Shown in pieces: positions 10,729-19,600 of a stretch of 64,000 nt of DNA. Position 1 is the first letter of the stretch, and each line of letters begins with the position of its first letter. Below the pieces are notes generated by a model. The model made no database searches. It was not told the DNA's origin and saw only the letters and a list, made by a program, of their open reading frames with translations. Source of the DNA: a virus; IMG/VR virus record IMGVR_UViG_3300031339_000004, positions 1-64,000 of that record; one strand, given 5' to 3'. The position numbers were made by a program, and so were the translations under genes.

Positions 10729-10751
10729 CTAAAAGCCTTCTCCTTTAAGTC

Positions 10752-11861
10752 TTACTTCGCACGACTTGATAACTTGTTTACAGTACTTGTTGTGCTCTTG
10801 TCCGACTTCTCACCTGGGCCTTTCTTTTCAGCCCCGTGGCCTTTTGGCACAGCCTTATTTGCTTTGCCAGCCTTGCCACCCGGTACGTTAATATTACCAG
10901 TTGACATATCTTTTGCACTTGTATCACTAAGTGCCGAACCTTTTATAGTTGAATTTGCGCCAGCTTCGCCGTCATTAGCAACATCGCTGCGCACTGTACT
11001 AGCTGTTGAGCCGCCCATGTTATTTGGCTTTGCTACTGCTGATTTAGTGTTTTGGCCGTTGTCACCAGTACTTTTCTTTTCTGCACCGTGACCACTTGTT
11101 ACTTTTTCTACGTATTCGCGCATTTGCTCGCCTGAAGACTTACTACCTTCATTCTTCTTATCAGCGGCTTTCTTATCAGCGGCTTTCTTATCAGCGGCTT
11201 TCTTATCAGCGGCTTTCTTGTCTGCCATCTTTTTGTCTGTTGCTTTTTTCTTAGCTTCTTTATCAACTGACTCAAAGTTGTAGCTTTCTTTTTCTTCTTC
11301 GCCGTCGTCCATATCCATGTCGTCGTCGTCCATATCCATATCCATGTCGTCGCCTTCTTCGTCGCCGTCCATATCCATATCGTGGTCTTCACCTTCTTCA
11401 CCGCTCATCATTCTTTCAAATTCAGCTTTAAGGTCTTCTAACGCATCTTCAAGGTCAACTACGCGATCTTCTACATCGCCTTCGCCTTCTTCGCCGTCCA
11501 TATCCATATCCATATCCATGTCGTCGCCTTCTTCGTCGCCGTCCATGCCTAGGTCTGCCATCATGTCATCAGTAGGGTCGCCGCCAATGTCGTCGTCGGC
11601 TTCAACTTCAAACTGGTCCATATTGAAGCCTTCATTTGTTTCGTCGTCGTCTTCGTCTTCGTCTGCTTCTTCAACATCTTCGTCTTCGTCATCGTATGCT
11701 TCTTCAACATCTTCGTCTTCTTCATCTTCGTCTTCTAACATTGACTCATAGATGTCACGTGACTTCTGTACTACAAATTCGTGGAATAATTCTTCTGCTG
11801 CTGCTTGATCTTCGTTAATAAGAAGTTCGAGCATCTTTTCAATCTTGCTACGATCTGCCAT
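10752..11861 (-). CDS. Highly acidic low-complexity prohead core/internal protein (gp67/68 position)
   Basis: D/E/M-rich N-half, KKAAD repeats; lies upstream of gp21; SD AGGAG and upstream GTAAATA. Confidence 0.65.
   Translation of the reverse strand: MADRSKIEKMLELLINEDQAAAEELFHEFVVQKSRDIYESMLEDEDEEDEDVEEAYDDEDEDVEEADEDEDDDETNEGFNMDQFEVEADDDIGGDPTDDMMADLGMDGDEEGDDMDMDMDMDGEEGEGDVEDRVVDLEDALEDLKAEFERMMSGEEGEDHDMDMDGDEEGDDMDMDMDDDDMDMDDGEEEKESYNFESVDKEAKKKATDKKMADKKAADKKAADKKAADKKAADKKNEGSKSSGEQMREYVEKVTSGHGAEKKSTGDNGQNTKSAVAKPNNMGGSTASTVRSDVANDGEAGANSTIKGSALSDTSAKDMSTGNINVPGGKAGKANKAVPKGHGAEKKGPGEKSDKSTTSTVNKLSSRAK
11156..11215. repeat. Tandem repeat, 4 perfect copies of 15 bp (TCTTATCAGCGGCTT), encoding KKAAD repeats
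   Basis: Directly visible; (CCATAT)n Asp-Met repeats nearby at ~11308-11520. Confidence 0.95.
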
Positions 11862-11913
11862 TGTAAAAACTCCTATAAATGGTTACACATTGTGAATGTG
11901 GGCTGTCATAATA

Positions 11914-11920
11914 TATTTAC
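11914..11920 (-). promoter_or_regulatory. Late promoter variant (GTAAATA) for the head assembly operon
   Basis: Intergenic, upstream of 11861. Confidence 0.5.
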
Positions 11921-11977
11921 TTTATTCTTTAAAAAGTACCCAGAAACGGGTATAAAACGAGCCATTTTGAAAAACAA

Positions 11978-12568
11978 CTAGTTTGGAAAGGTTTCAAAAA
12001 AATCTTCAAGTGTAATATGCTCTAAATTTTTTAATTTAGTAAGCTCAGGTGGCACAAACATCGTGTCTCCTACTACTCTTATATATCTAATTTTTGGAAA
12101 CTTATTTATGGTAGTTGCTGTTTGTTTGAGCCAATTACCGTAATAAGTTGCAGTTGTTTCTCTCTTTTTATAATTCGGTGTGCCTGCGTATACGTTATTT
12201 ACCTTAGTGCTATCATTGCCTAGCCCTACGTAATCAAATCCCAATATATAAATATCAGTTGCTTTGTGATCACTGGCTAAATGTAGTGCAGTCGGACCGC
12301 TACTCCACCCTTTAGACGAGTTAAAGATATTCAATCCTGGTATTCTCTTATATGCACGACTTGGGTTTGTCCATACTGATGTGTTATGTTGAGCACCTAC
12401 TGCGTTTATCTCTAGCACCATTTTAGTATCAACAGCTACTAGATAATCTGGCATAAAATCTCTGTAAAGAGCGTTACATCCATATATAGTACCATACTGT
12501 TTAATGTTTTCTAGAGTAAAGGAAGATCGACTGACTCCGTTGCCTAAGACAAATGAAACTTTTTTCAA
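11978..12568 (-). CDS. Cst-II/Maf(DUF115)-like glycosyltransferase-fold protein
   Basis: VLGNGVSR, YGCNALY, SSG and IYILGFDY resemble the GNGPSL / CN.FY / TSG / IYL.G.DF motifs of GT42/Maf-like enzymes. Confidence 0.5.
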   Translation of the reverse strand: MKKVSFVLGNGVSRSSFTLENIKQYGTIYGCNALYRDFMPDYLVAVDTKMVLEINAVGAQHNTSVWTNPSRAYKRIPGLNIFNSSKGWSSGPTALHLASDHKATDIYILGFDYVGLGNDSTKVNNVYAGTPNYKKRETTATYYGNWLKQTATTINKFPKIRYIRVVGDTMFVPPELTKLKNLEHITLEDFFETFPN

Positions 12569-12571
12569 CTA

Positions 12572-12823
12572 TTAAAACTCTTCGCCGGTTTCTGCGTTTG
12601 CTGCTATTCCGTACATTTGACGGATAGAGCCAAGTTCCTTGGCTTTTTCTTCTGCGTGAAGTTCAGCAGCTTTTCGAATACGATTGATCTGGCTTAACTT
12701 CAGTCTGGTTTTTCTAGTGTCTTTCCTTTTCATTGGAGAGTCGTCGTGCTCAGGCTCGTAACTCTTATCTTCAACGGAGTCAATTGTTTCTTTGTCAAAA
12801 TAGAATAGTTCACGTAATATCAT
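12572..12823 (-). CDS. Conserved hypothetical head-module protein (start revised to 12823, MILRELFYF...)
   Basis: The longer track start overlaps the portal gene; the ATG at 12823 directly follows ATAAATA-CAAT. Confidence 0.7.
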   Translation of the reverse strand: MILRELFYFDKETIDSVEDKSYEPEHDDSPMKRKDTRKTRLKLSQINRIRKAAELHAEEKAKELGSIRQMYGIAANAETGEEF

Positions 12824-12827
12824 ATTG

Positions 12828-12834
12828 TATTTAT
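12828..12834 (-). promoter_or_regulatory. Late promoter ATAAATA overlapping the portal stop codon
   Basis: ATAAATACAATATG, identical to the 14-mer upstream of gp25. Confidence 0.6.
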
Positions 12835-14564
12835 GCCGGTGGCGGCTCTCCACCTCCTGCTGAGAGGTCTTCTCCCCCACTGGTATCGTTGCCTATAATA
12901 GGAGCAGTATCATCTGGCATCTCATCCTCTATTCCGTCAATGTCATCTTCTATGCCAGCACCGCTAATTCCTGCGTCTCGCATCTCAGCACTAGCATCAT
13001 CACCGGCATCAACTAATTCATCTTCGTTCTCTTCTCTCCACAGACGCTCGTTCTCCATAACCTCTTCATCTGTCATGCCAAGGAATCGTTTCATAGCAAA
13101 CCTATTAGATATGTAGGGCACCGCGCTCATTTGTGTAAACGTTGGTATACGAGCGTTGTCAAGTTCGCTTTGTCGATATGCTGCAAAGTTTTGTGGTGGT
13201 TGAAACTTGAGATCAAACATTGACGTATCAATATTTACACCATTCTCTAACAGATAACGTTTGAACTCTTGATCAAACTCTCCGACCACTAGTGTTTGTA
13301 ATCGTTCGCAGTAGGTATTAAAGCGTAGCTCTTGTATGTAAGCAGTACCTACCCGGCCGTCATTCATCTGTGCAGCAGAATCCTCTGCACCAGTTGGCAA
13401 ATAACTACTGGGTATACGTAACGCCCTTACCATTTTGTTAGTAAAGTATCTCAGATCGTCGATCTCACCTAAGTTAGTACCACCTGGCAGTGTCTCTACT
13501 TTAGAGCCGCGACCTTCAGCAGTTTGAGGGAAGAAGTAATCTTCGTTGATTGACAGGGGATTGTAGCTTGAGTCTATGACGTTTTGGCCTCCACCTGTTG
13601 ACGATGGGATCCTGCGTTGATGGATTTCCGTCTTTACACGCTCAACAAACTGCATAGCAAGGTGACTAGGCATGTTGCCCACATCAACGTAGAAGACTCT
13701 TCGCTCTGGTGCTCGCTGTACTCGATAGATAATGATAGCGTCTTCGAGTAACTCTTTTTGCTTGTAAACTTTAAAGATTGTTTCTAATAGACTGTTACCA
13801 AACGGAAAATTATTATCTAATCCTTCTGACAAGCTGATGTGAACCATGTGTTCTGCGTTAACCGCATACTCATTTTGTTCTGTCATGAAACGTGATGCCG
13901 ATGTGCCACCTTGCGACTGACCTGACATGCTGTTAGAATTACCAGACTGCTGGTAAGTAGTGTTACCTCCACCGTAAGTACTGCTGTTAGATTCATATGG
14001 AGTTGTAGCAATACCTTCAACAAAGTTAAAGTTTACGTTCTTAATCACATACTGCTCTGGCGTTTTGCCTTCGCTTTCGTTAACAATTATCTTAGTAACG
14101 TTTGCTGGATCTACGTTAAACCATTTCTTAGTCTCTGGGTCTCTAAGGAAAAACTGATCACCAAACTTAAACACGTTTCTAAGAATTCTAAAGATTTTAG
14201 TTTCAAAGTCTTGCAGTTTAGCCCACTGTTGTAGGTACTGCTGGATAATCTTAACTTCAGAATTAGTAGCTTCAGATTTGTATTCTGTAGTAAACGGTGT
14301 GTTGTTTTGCTTGTTCTTTTGTGTACAAAACTCTGCGAGAATATCAAGAGCAGCGTTTACTTCGCTGTCTTGGTCCATAGTATTGTACTGTCCGTACCGC
14401 TCAACTCTATTGGGAGTTCCTACATAAATATCTGGTAGATAAGACGAATAGTTTGCCTTAGCAGGACCTGCTTGTGCTCCGTTTCTGGCATTAGAGAAAG
14501 GACTGTAACTTCCTTCAGAATTGTTATCTGCTGATACCGGAGTAAAGTGTTTACGCCATGACAT
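12831..14564 (-). CDS. gp20: Portal vertex protein (T4 gp20)
   Basis: LLEDAIIIYR..RAPERRVFY.DVGNMP, EDYFFP...GRG..VETLPGG.NLGEI.D..YF, ALRIP.SYL motifs. Confidence 0.97.
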   Translation of the reverse strand: MSWRKHFTPVSADNNSEGSYSPFSNARNGAQAGPAKANYSSYLPDIYVGTPNRVERYGQYNTMDQDSEVNAALDILAEFCTQKNKQNNTPFTTEYKSEATNSEVKIIQQYLQQWAKLQDFETKIFRILRNVFKFGDQFFLRDPETKKWFNVDPANVTKIIVNESEGKTPEQYVIKNVNFNFVEGIATTPYESNSSTYGGGNTTYQQSGNSNSMSGQSQGGTSASRFMTEQNEYAVNAEHMVHISLSEGLDNNFPFGNSLLETIFKVYKQKELLEDAIIIYRVQRAPERRVFYVDVGNMPSHLAMQFVERVKTEIHQRRIPSSTGGGQNVIDSSYNPLSINEDYFFPQTAEGRGSKVETLPGGTNLGEIDDLRYFTNKMVRALRIPSSYLPTGAEDSAAQMNDGRVGTAYIQELRFNTYCERLQTLVVGEFDQEFKRYLLENGVNIDTSMFDLKFQPPQNFAAYRQSELDNARIPTFTQMSAVPYISNRFAMKRFLGMTDEEVMENERLWREENEDELVDAGDDASAEMRDAGISGAGIEDDIDGIEDEMPDDTAPIIGNDTSGGEDLSAGGGEPPPA

Positions 14565-14623
14565 TACACAATCTCCATAGCATACGTTGTAATTTTACTT
14601 TTAATATTCATATAAGATTCCTG

Positions 14624-17215
14624 TTAACGGATAGAACTTACGTATCCGTTCGCAATATTTCCGCCGCCTAGATTTTTTGTATTTCTTTCTGTCTTGTTCG
14701 TGTCAACTTGCATTCTTTGTAACGTCATTAACACTTGTTGCATCAAGTTATTTAACTCTTTGATGCCTTCGGTGCTACCAGACGTGGCAGTGTTAGCTTT
14801 ATTTAATACGTCGCCTGCATTTGTTCCTTTGCCAAATCCAATTTTATTGTCCTTGGATAATTCTTCGTTCATTTCACTCAGTGCTTCTACAAGACGTTCC
14901 ATTGCGTCAGCGTAGTTTTTTATAGAGTCTGTGTCAAGACCTCGATTAAGAACCTCTAAGTTAGATTTTAATCCTTTAACGTCTGCTATTGCTTGCATAC
15001 CTTTAGCAGTTTCTTTCATGTTCTCAAGAGCCGAACCGCCAAATAATTCGCCAACAAAGCCAGCAATATTACCAACACCTGCTACAATTGATGCTCCGCC
15101 AAACGCTGCTAGTCCTCCAGCTACTGATAACATGCCTGCACCTGCTGTTTTCAGCTTTTCACCATTTACTTCTTCGAAGGATTTCATTCCTTCGGCAAAT
15201 GTAGGTAATGCCTTGCCGGTTAGCCAGGCTGCACCTGCTATTGCTGCACCAATAGCAACAATCACTCCGCTAATCACGACTGCTCCGGCTGCAACTGCTG
15301 GATTAGCAAATGCTGCAATGCCTGTTGCTAGTCCTTTAAGAATTCCTCCAAGGCCTTTGCCTATGCCTTTGCCTATGCCAGCTAGTCCTTTTCCTGCTCC
15401 GACTCCTGCACTAGCTAAGCCTCTGCCTACTCCTCCTCCTCTTCTGCCGCCTCGACGATCACCGCGGTCTGGTCCGTCATCGTCGTCTCCACCCCCACCA
15501 CCACCAAACAAGTTGCCCAACAATCCTGTAAACGCGCCGCCGATCTTTTTAGCTAGATATACACCACCAAACAATGCGACTAGACCAACTCCTATCATAG
15601 GCAAGGTTTCTTTTAATGCTGATTTTATAACGTCACTGATCATTGAACCTAGCCCAGCAAACGGCCCGTCTTCTTTAAACAAATTCTTAAATGCTTCTTT
15701 AATTCCAGCACCCTGTATGTCAGCTAAGAATTCTTTTATTTTAGAAGATATATTTTTTAGACTTGCTGCAAACTCATCAGACGCAAGTGTTTTTTCTAAT
15801 AAGTCTGCTACAGAAGCAACACCACCGGCCATCTTTTCAAATATTCCACTTTTAATAAACGCCTTTGCAATAGTTGCTCTAAATGTCCGTAATGTATCGT
15901 CAAATTCAGTTAGCGTAGCAGTAGTTTCTGCTCGCTTAGCTTGTTCAGCACGAGCCGCACTCATTTCTTTAGTACCAAAGTTTTTCATTTTTGTAGCAGC
16001 ATCTAATACTGCTGCTATTTCAGGTTGAGTTTGCCTAAGTTGAGATATAATAGCAGCTTGCTCCTTTGCAGAGCCGCCTATAAAATTTTCAATATCGTGG
16101 CCGGCTGCGCCAATTGCTTCAATTAATACTTGTGGGTCTGCGCCTTTAGCAATTTCTGTCATTGCTGATTGTATTTCTGGCCCAATAGTAGTTAATAGCG
16201 CAATACCTTCTGCTGTTTGAGGAATACCGTCTGCTAGGTCTCTTAGGCCAGCCGCAACACTTTCGGGTAATGTATCTATTAACGCCATGCTAGATCTAAA
16301 GTTTATAAGAGCTTCGCCTGACAAATTATTTTGTAATGCTCGGAAAGCAGCGTCTTCGCTTTGTTGCAACATCGACGCTGCTAGTTCTTTTCTACTCTGT
16401 CCCGTGACCTTTGCTAGTCTGTCCAATTGCTCAAGATATCTAGCGCTGCCGTTAGCAATCTGTCGACTGTCCATGCGTTGTAAACGACCTAGCCTAGCTT
16501 GCAGGGCAGTATAGTCGGCCATGCCTTCGTTTATTTCTTCAACGGTAAACCCTAGATTCTTTAGAGCAGCAAAGTCTCCGGTATCTTTTATTGTCTTGTT
16601 GATAGCCTTGAATCTATTAACGCCGTCTGTTACTGTTCCACTTAACAGACGTAATGCTTCAGAATTAGATGACACAAAACTAGCCATCTCGTCTAACCCT
16701 AGTTCCAGTTGGGTTGCTGACAATCTCATATCTTCGATGCTATTGCCAAAAGCAGCACCTACTGACGATAGTTGTCTAAACGTAGCAATGCTGTCATCGA
16801 GTATTCCAACAAGTGAACCTAGAATCCCGCCAATAAACGGAATCTGCTCAGCAAAGTCCGACAACTGTGTTGTAGAGGATAGTAACACGCCGCCTAATCC
16901 AACGATACTAGACGAAAGTACACCTATAAGGTTTCCAGTAACGTTTACTATCGCTCTAGTAAATCTACCAGTGGCCTCGCCAGCACTTTCAATCGACTCA
17001 GTGTTTTCATCTAGTGCATCTGTATTATCTTCTGTACTACCGGCAGCATCTCGCAGTGCTTCGCGCAACCGTCTAGCTGCCCTGGCTGCATCGCTTGAGT
17101 TAGAGCCAGCCGCTCCTGACATTCGTTCCATTGCACGCAACAGAGATGCTAGTGTTGCTTCACTAGCAACACCATTCTCACCGCCTACATTACTAATCTC
17201 TACTTCATCTGCCAC
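14624..17215 (-). CDS. Tape-measure-like / baseplate hub protein (gp29 position)
   Basis: 863 aa, helical, Ala/Gly-rich with hydrophobic segments; divergent from the gp26-like gene. Confidence 0.6.
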   Translation of the reverse strand: MADEVEISNVGGENGVASEATLASLLRAMERMSGAAGSNSSDAARAARRLREALRDAAGSTEDNTDALDENTESIESAGEATGRFTRAIVNVTGNLIGVLSSSIVGLGGVLLSSTTQLSDFAEQIPFIGGILGSLVGILDDSIATFRQLSSVGAAFGNSIEDMRLSATQLELGLDEMASFVSSNSEALRLLSGTVTDGVNRFKAINKTIKDTGDFAALKNLGFTVEEINEGMADYTALQARLGRLQRMDSRQIANGSARYLEQLDRLAKVTGQSRKELAASMLQQSEDAAFRALQNNLSGEALINFRSSMALIDTLPESVAAGLRDLADGIPQTAEGIALLTTIGPEIQSAMTEIAKGADPQVLIEAIGAAGHDIENFIGGSAKEQAAIISQLRQTQPEIAAVLDAATKMKNFGTKEMSAARAEQAKRAETTATLTEFDDTLRTFRATIAKAFIKSGIFEKMAGGVASVADLLEKTLASDEFAASLKNISSKIKEFLADIQGAGIKEAFKNLFKEDGPFAGLGSMISDVIKSALKETLPMIGVGLVALFGGVYLAKKIGGAFTGLLGNLFGGGGGGDDDDGPDRGDRRGGRRGGGVGRGLASAGVGAGKGLAGIGKGIGKGLGGILKGLATGIAAFANPAVAAGAVVISGVIVAIGAAIAGAAWLTGKALPTFAEGMKSFEEVNGEKLKTAGAGMLSVAGGLAAFGGASIVAGVGNIAGFVGELFGGSALENMKETAKGMQAIADVKGLKSNLEVLNRGLDTDSIKNYADAMERLVEALSEMNEELSKDNKIGFGKGTNAGDVLNKANTATSGSTEGIKELNNLMQQVLMTLQRMQVDTNKTERNTKNLGGGNIANGYVSSIR

Positions 17216-17242
17216 AATTAAAAGTCCAAGTTATATACGCAC

Positions 17243-17278
17243 ATAAATATATATGATACATATTAGTAATGTATTTAT
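17243..17278. promoter_or_regulatory. Pair of opposed late promoters: ATAAATA (+, 17243-17249) and ATAAATA (-, 17272-17278)
   Basis: Both motifs sit in the 75-bp divergent intergenic gap. Confidence 0.6.
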
Positions 17279-17290
17279 GCGGAGGAATTC

Positions 17291-18160
17291 ATGGTAGACC
17301 CAAACACAATTAATCACAACGAAAACCCATTAAAGAAGTTCTTTAGACAACCTAAAGTGTACATAACTCTTCCTAGTCTAGGACATTTTTATGCTCCTGG
17401 TACTTTAGAGATTCCCGAAAGCGGTGAGTTTCCTGTTTTTGCAATGACAGCAAAAGACGAGCTTACAATGAAAACTCCAGACGCATTGCTAAATGGACAA
17501 GCAACAGTGAATCTAATTCAAAGTTGTATTCCTGCAATTAAAAACGCATGGTCAATGCCCAGCATCGATCTAGACGCTGTCCTAATAGCGATTCGAATCG
17601 CTACCTACGGCGAGATGATGAGTCTCGACGTTAAAGTTCCAAAGACAGGAGAAGAAAGAACATTTTCAGTTGATTTACGGCAGTTACTTAATAAGCTAGT
17701 TACTGTAAGTTACGATACAGATCTTCAGATCAACAACATGAAACTTAAAATGCGACCATTAACTTATAAAGAGTTTACTGAAGCAAGTCTGAAAACTTTT
17801 GAAGAACAAAGAATCTTTGCATTGGTTAACGATGATAAGATCCCAGAAGAAGAAAAGCTAACCAAGTTTAATGAAAGTTTTGTAAAGCTAACTGATCTAA
17901 CAGTAAAAACTATTAGCAAATGCATTTCATCTATATCTATTGAAGACTCAGTAGTAGATAATCAAGAACACATCGATGAGTTTATTGCTAATGCCGACAA
18001 AGATTTTTACAATGACGTTACTGCACACCTAGATGCGCAAAAAGAAAAGTTTCAGATCGAGCCAATTAACGTAGAGTCGTCACCTGAAGATATTGAAAAG
18101 GGTGCCCCGGCAAAGTGGAAGGTTCCGATTACATTTGATCAATCAAATTTTTTCGGATAA
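17291..18160 (+). CDS. gp26: Baseplate hub assembly protein (T4 gp26/gp51-like)
   Basis: NPL..FFRQP..YI.LPS.G, MTAKDE, D.DA.LIAIRIATYG, L..RPLTY motifs; GGAGG SD. Confidence 0.7.
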   Translation: MVDPNTINHNENPLKKFFRQPKVYITLPSLGHFYAPGTLEIPESGEFPVFAMTAKDELTMKTPDALLNGQATVNLIQSCIPAIKNAWSMPSIDLDAVLIAIRIATYGEMMSLDVKVPKTGEERTFSVDLRQLLNKLVTVSYDTDLQINNMKLKMRPLTYKEFTEASLKTFEEQRIFALVNDDKIPEEEKLTKFNESFVKLTDLTVKTISKCISSISIEDSVVDNQEHIDEFIANADKDFYNDVTAHLDAQKEKFQIEPINVESSPEDIEKGAPAKWKVPITFDQSNFFG

Positions 18161-18171
18161 GGATCTTGCCT

Positions 18172-18384
18172 ATGAGCGTTGGTGAGATCCTTTTAGAAGT
18201 CACCAAGTACGATAACGAACAAAAAGAAATGAAATCTGAGCTTTTAAAGATATGCTGGTATATGAGAGGAGGAGTTACCTATGAGGAAGCTCATTATCTA
18301 ACATACGAAGATAAGCTTCTCATAGGAGACATTGTTAAAGATAATTTGGAAACCACACGTAAAACGGGGCTTCCATTTTACTAA
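18172..18384 (+). CDS. Small baseplate/tail assembly chaperone-like ORF (gp51-like); possibly the -1 frameshift extension of the upstream gene
   Basis: WYMRGGVTYEEA motif; in the -1 frame relative to 17291..18160 and open from the T TTT TTC heptamer. Confidence 0.6.
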   Translation: MSVGEILLEVTKYDNEQKEMKSELLKICWYMRGGVTYEEAHYLTYEDKLLIGDIVKDNLETTRKTGLPFY

Positions 18385-19070
18385 ACTACGCTAACACCAA
18401 TAAGTTTGTTGGTACTTTCAACAAGGTGGATCCTTAATCCTAAGTCACTCCACCTTAAATTATTTTCACGTAGCATCCTGGACAATTCAAGATATGTACT
18501 TTGTGTTAAGAATCGTTCTCCTGCTTTAGCATTTGCTATCCAAGCCTGTTGCTGTCTAGTAACATCTACTCCTGCGCTAGCAAATCTTAAGATTTTCTCT
18601 GCTGCCCACACACCATGCTCTTTGCTGCCTTTAGATAACTGTGTTAATGCGCGGTTAATTACAACAGCAGTGTTACGAGGCATAGGTTTTTGCCCACCCT
18701 GTACTTTTCTAATATCTGATTTTGCTTTTGCATAGGTATCAGACTGGGCAGCATTCCTGGGATTGTTAGGAGGAGTGCCAGCAGGCGTAGGTGCATTCCC
18801 TGCTGGAGGATTTCCTGCTGCTGGCGTAGGAGTAGGTGGGTTTTCAGCTGGTGGGGTTCCGGCTGGCGTAGGTCTTGTACGACGCTGAGGTGTCCTCTTC
18901 TTGTTAGACGATTTACCTTTACTTTTATTTCCAGTATACCCGGCCTTAAATCCCTTACCAAAGTCAGCAATGCCCTTTCCAACAGACTTAGCTGCCTTTC
19001 CCAGAGTCTTACCTACGCTATCAGAGTCTAGCTCATCAAGCTGTGTTTTATTAATTTCTTGTATTTTCAT
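18381..19070 (-). CDS. Hypothetical late protein with Pro-rich linker (possible head-internal protein)
   Basis: MKIQEI N-terminus, PAG.PP repeats, upstream ATAAATA (19102-19108). Confidence 0.65.
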   Translation of the reverse strand: MKIQEINKTQLDELDSDSVGKTLGKAAKSVGKGIADFGKGFKAGYTGNKSKGKSSNKKRTPQRRTRPTPAGTPPAENPPTPTPAAGNPPAGNAPTPAGTPPNNPRNAAQSDTYAKAKSDIRKVQGGQKPMPRNTAVVINRALTQLSKGSKEHGVWAAEKILRFASAGVDVTRQQQAWIANAKAGERFLTQSTYLELSRMLRENNLRWSDLGLRIHLVESTNKLIGVSVV

Positions 19071-19204
19071 ATGAGAATAAATCCAAATAGTTATATAAAT
19101 GTATTTATGTTAAGAAATGAGCTAAGCTCATTAGTTTTCGCTTTACGCTCAAACTATTAGTTTCTTAAATTAATAATAGTATTTTATAAGTGATTTGAAT
19201 TATT

Positions 19205-19600
19205 GTTACTAGATATTCATGTAGATTGCTCTGGTCAGACGGAACCTGTTTAAAGGTTCCGTCTGTCTAATGAATTTACTTCATGTGAGTATTTCCAGCC
19301 AAGACATATTGGAAGCAGGTATTTGTTCACTCCACGGGCTCTGACCTTTCCCAACCTACGTCGATATAGCATTATAAAATGCCGCCTGTACTTTCGTTCC
19401 TAGATGTACAGTTTTTAGGAGTGTGCGATTTACTTGAACGCCAACAAACGTTCTATGCCAATACTTAACTCGCTTGCCTTTTCAGCTACGACGATGTCTC
19501 TCGAAGGGGAGTGTCTCAGCATGTCTCGTGTCCGGGTACCAGCCGGCTGTTTCACAGCAGTATTATAGTCCGGCCTGCTAGCCTTGTGTGTTGTTTTGAT
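19205..19600 (-). ncRNA. Candidate large structured non-coding RNA (family unidentified)
   Basis: No ORF of 60 aa or more in 19071-19718; GC-richer than its flanks; many stems including a perfect 12-bp hairpin (19236-19265); G-U pairs favour the minus strand. Confidence 0.45.

Noticed and set aside
14931-17246. Long antisense ORFs (365 aa, 241 aa) opposite the tape-measure-like gene
   Set aside because: Shadow frames expected from Gly/Ala-rich codon usage; no SD or recognisable motifs. The same applies to the many short antisense ORFs elsewhere in the track.
19300-19420. Resemblance to cobalamin riboswitch fragments (AACUGUA, GGGAA, GUCAG, ACCUGC)
   Set aside because: Order and spacing do not fit the B12 element; no AGGGAA..GGUG..AAUCC core and no adjacent regulated gene
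19540-19580. Group I intron S-like (UAUAGUCC) or group II domain V-like (AGCCGG...CCGG) motifs
   Set aside because: No matching P7/R partner, wrong domain V geometry, and no interrupted exons on either side
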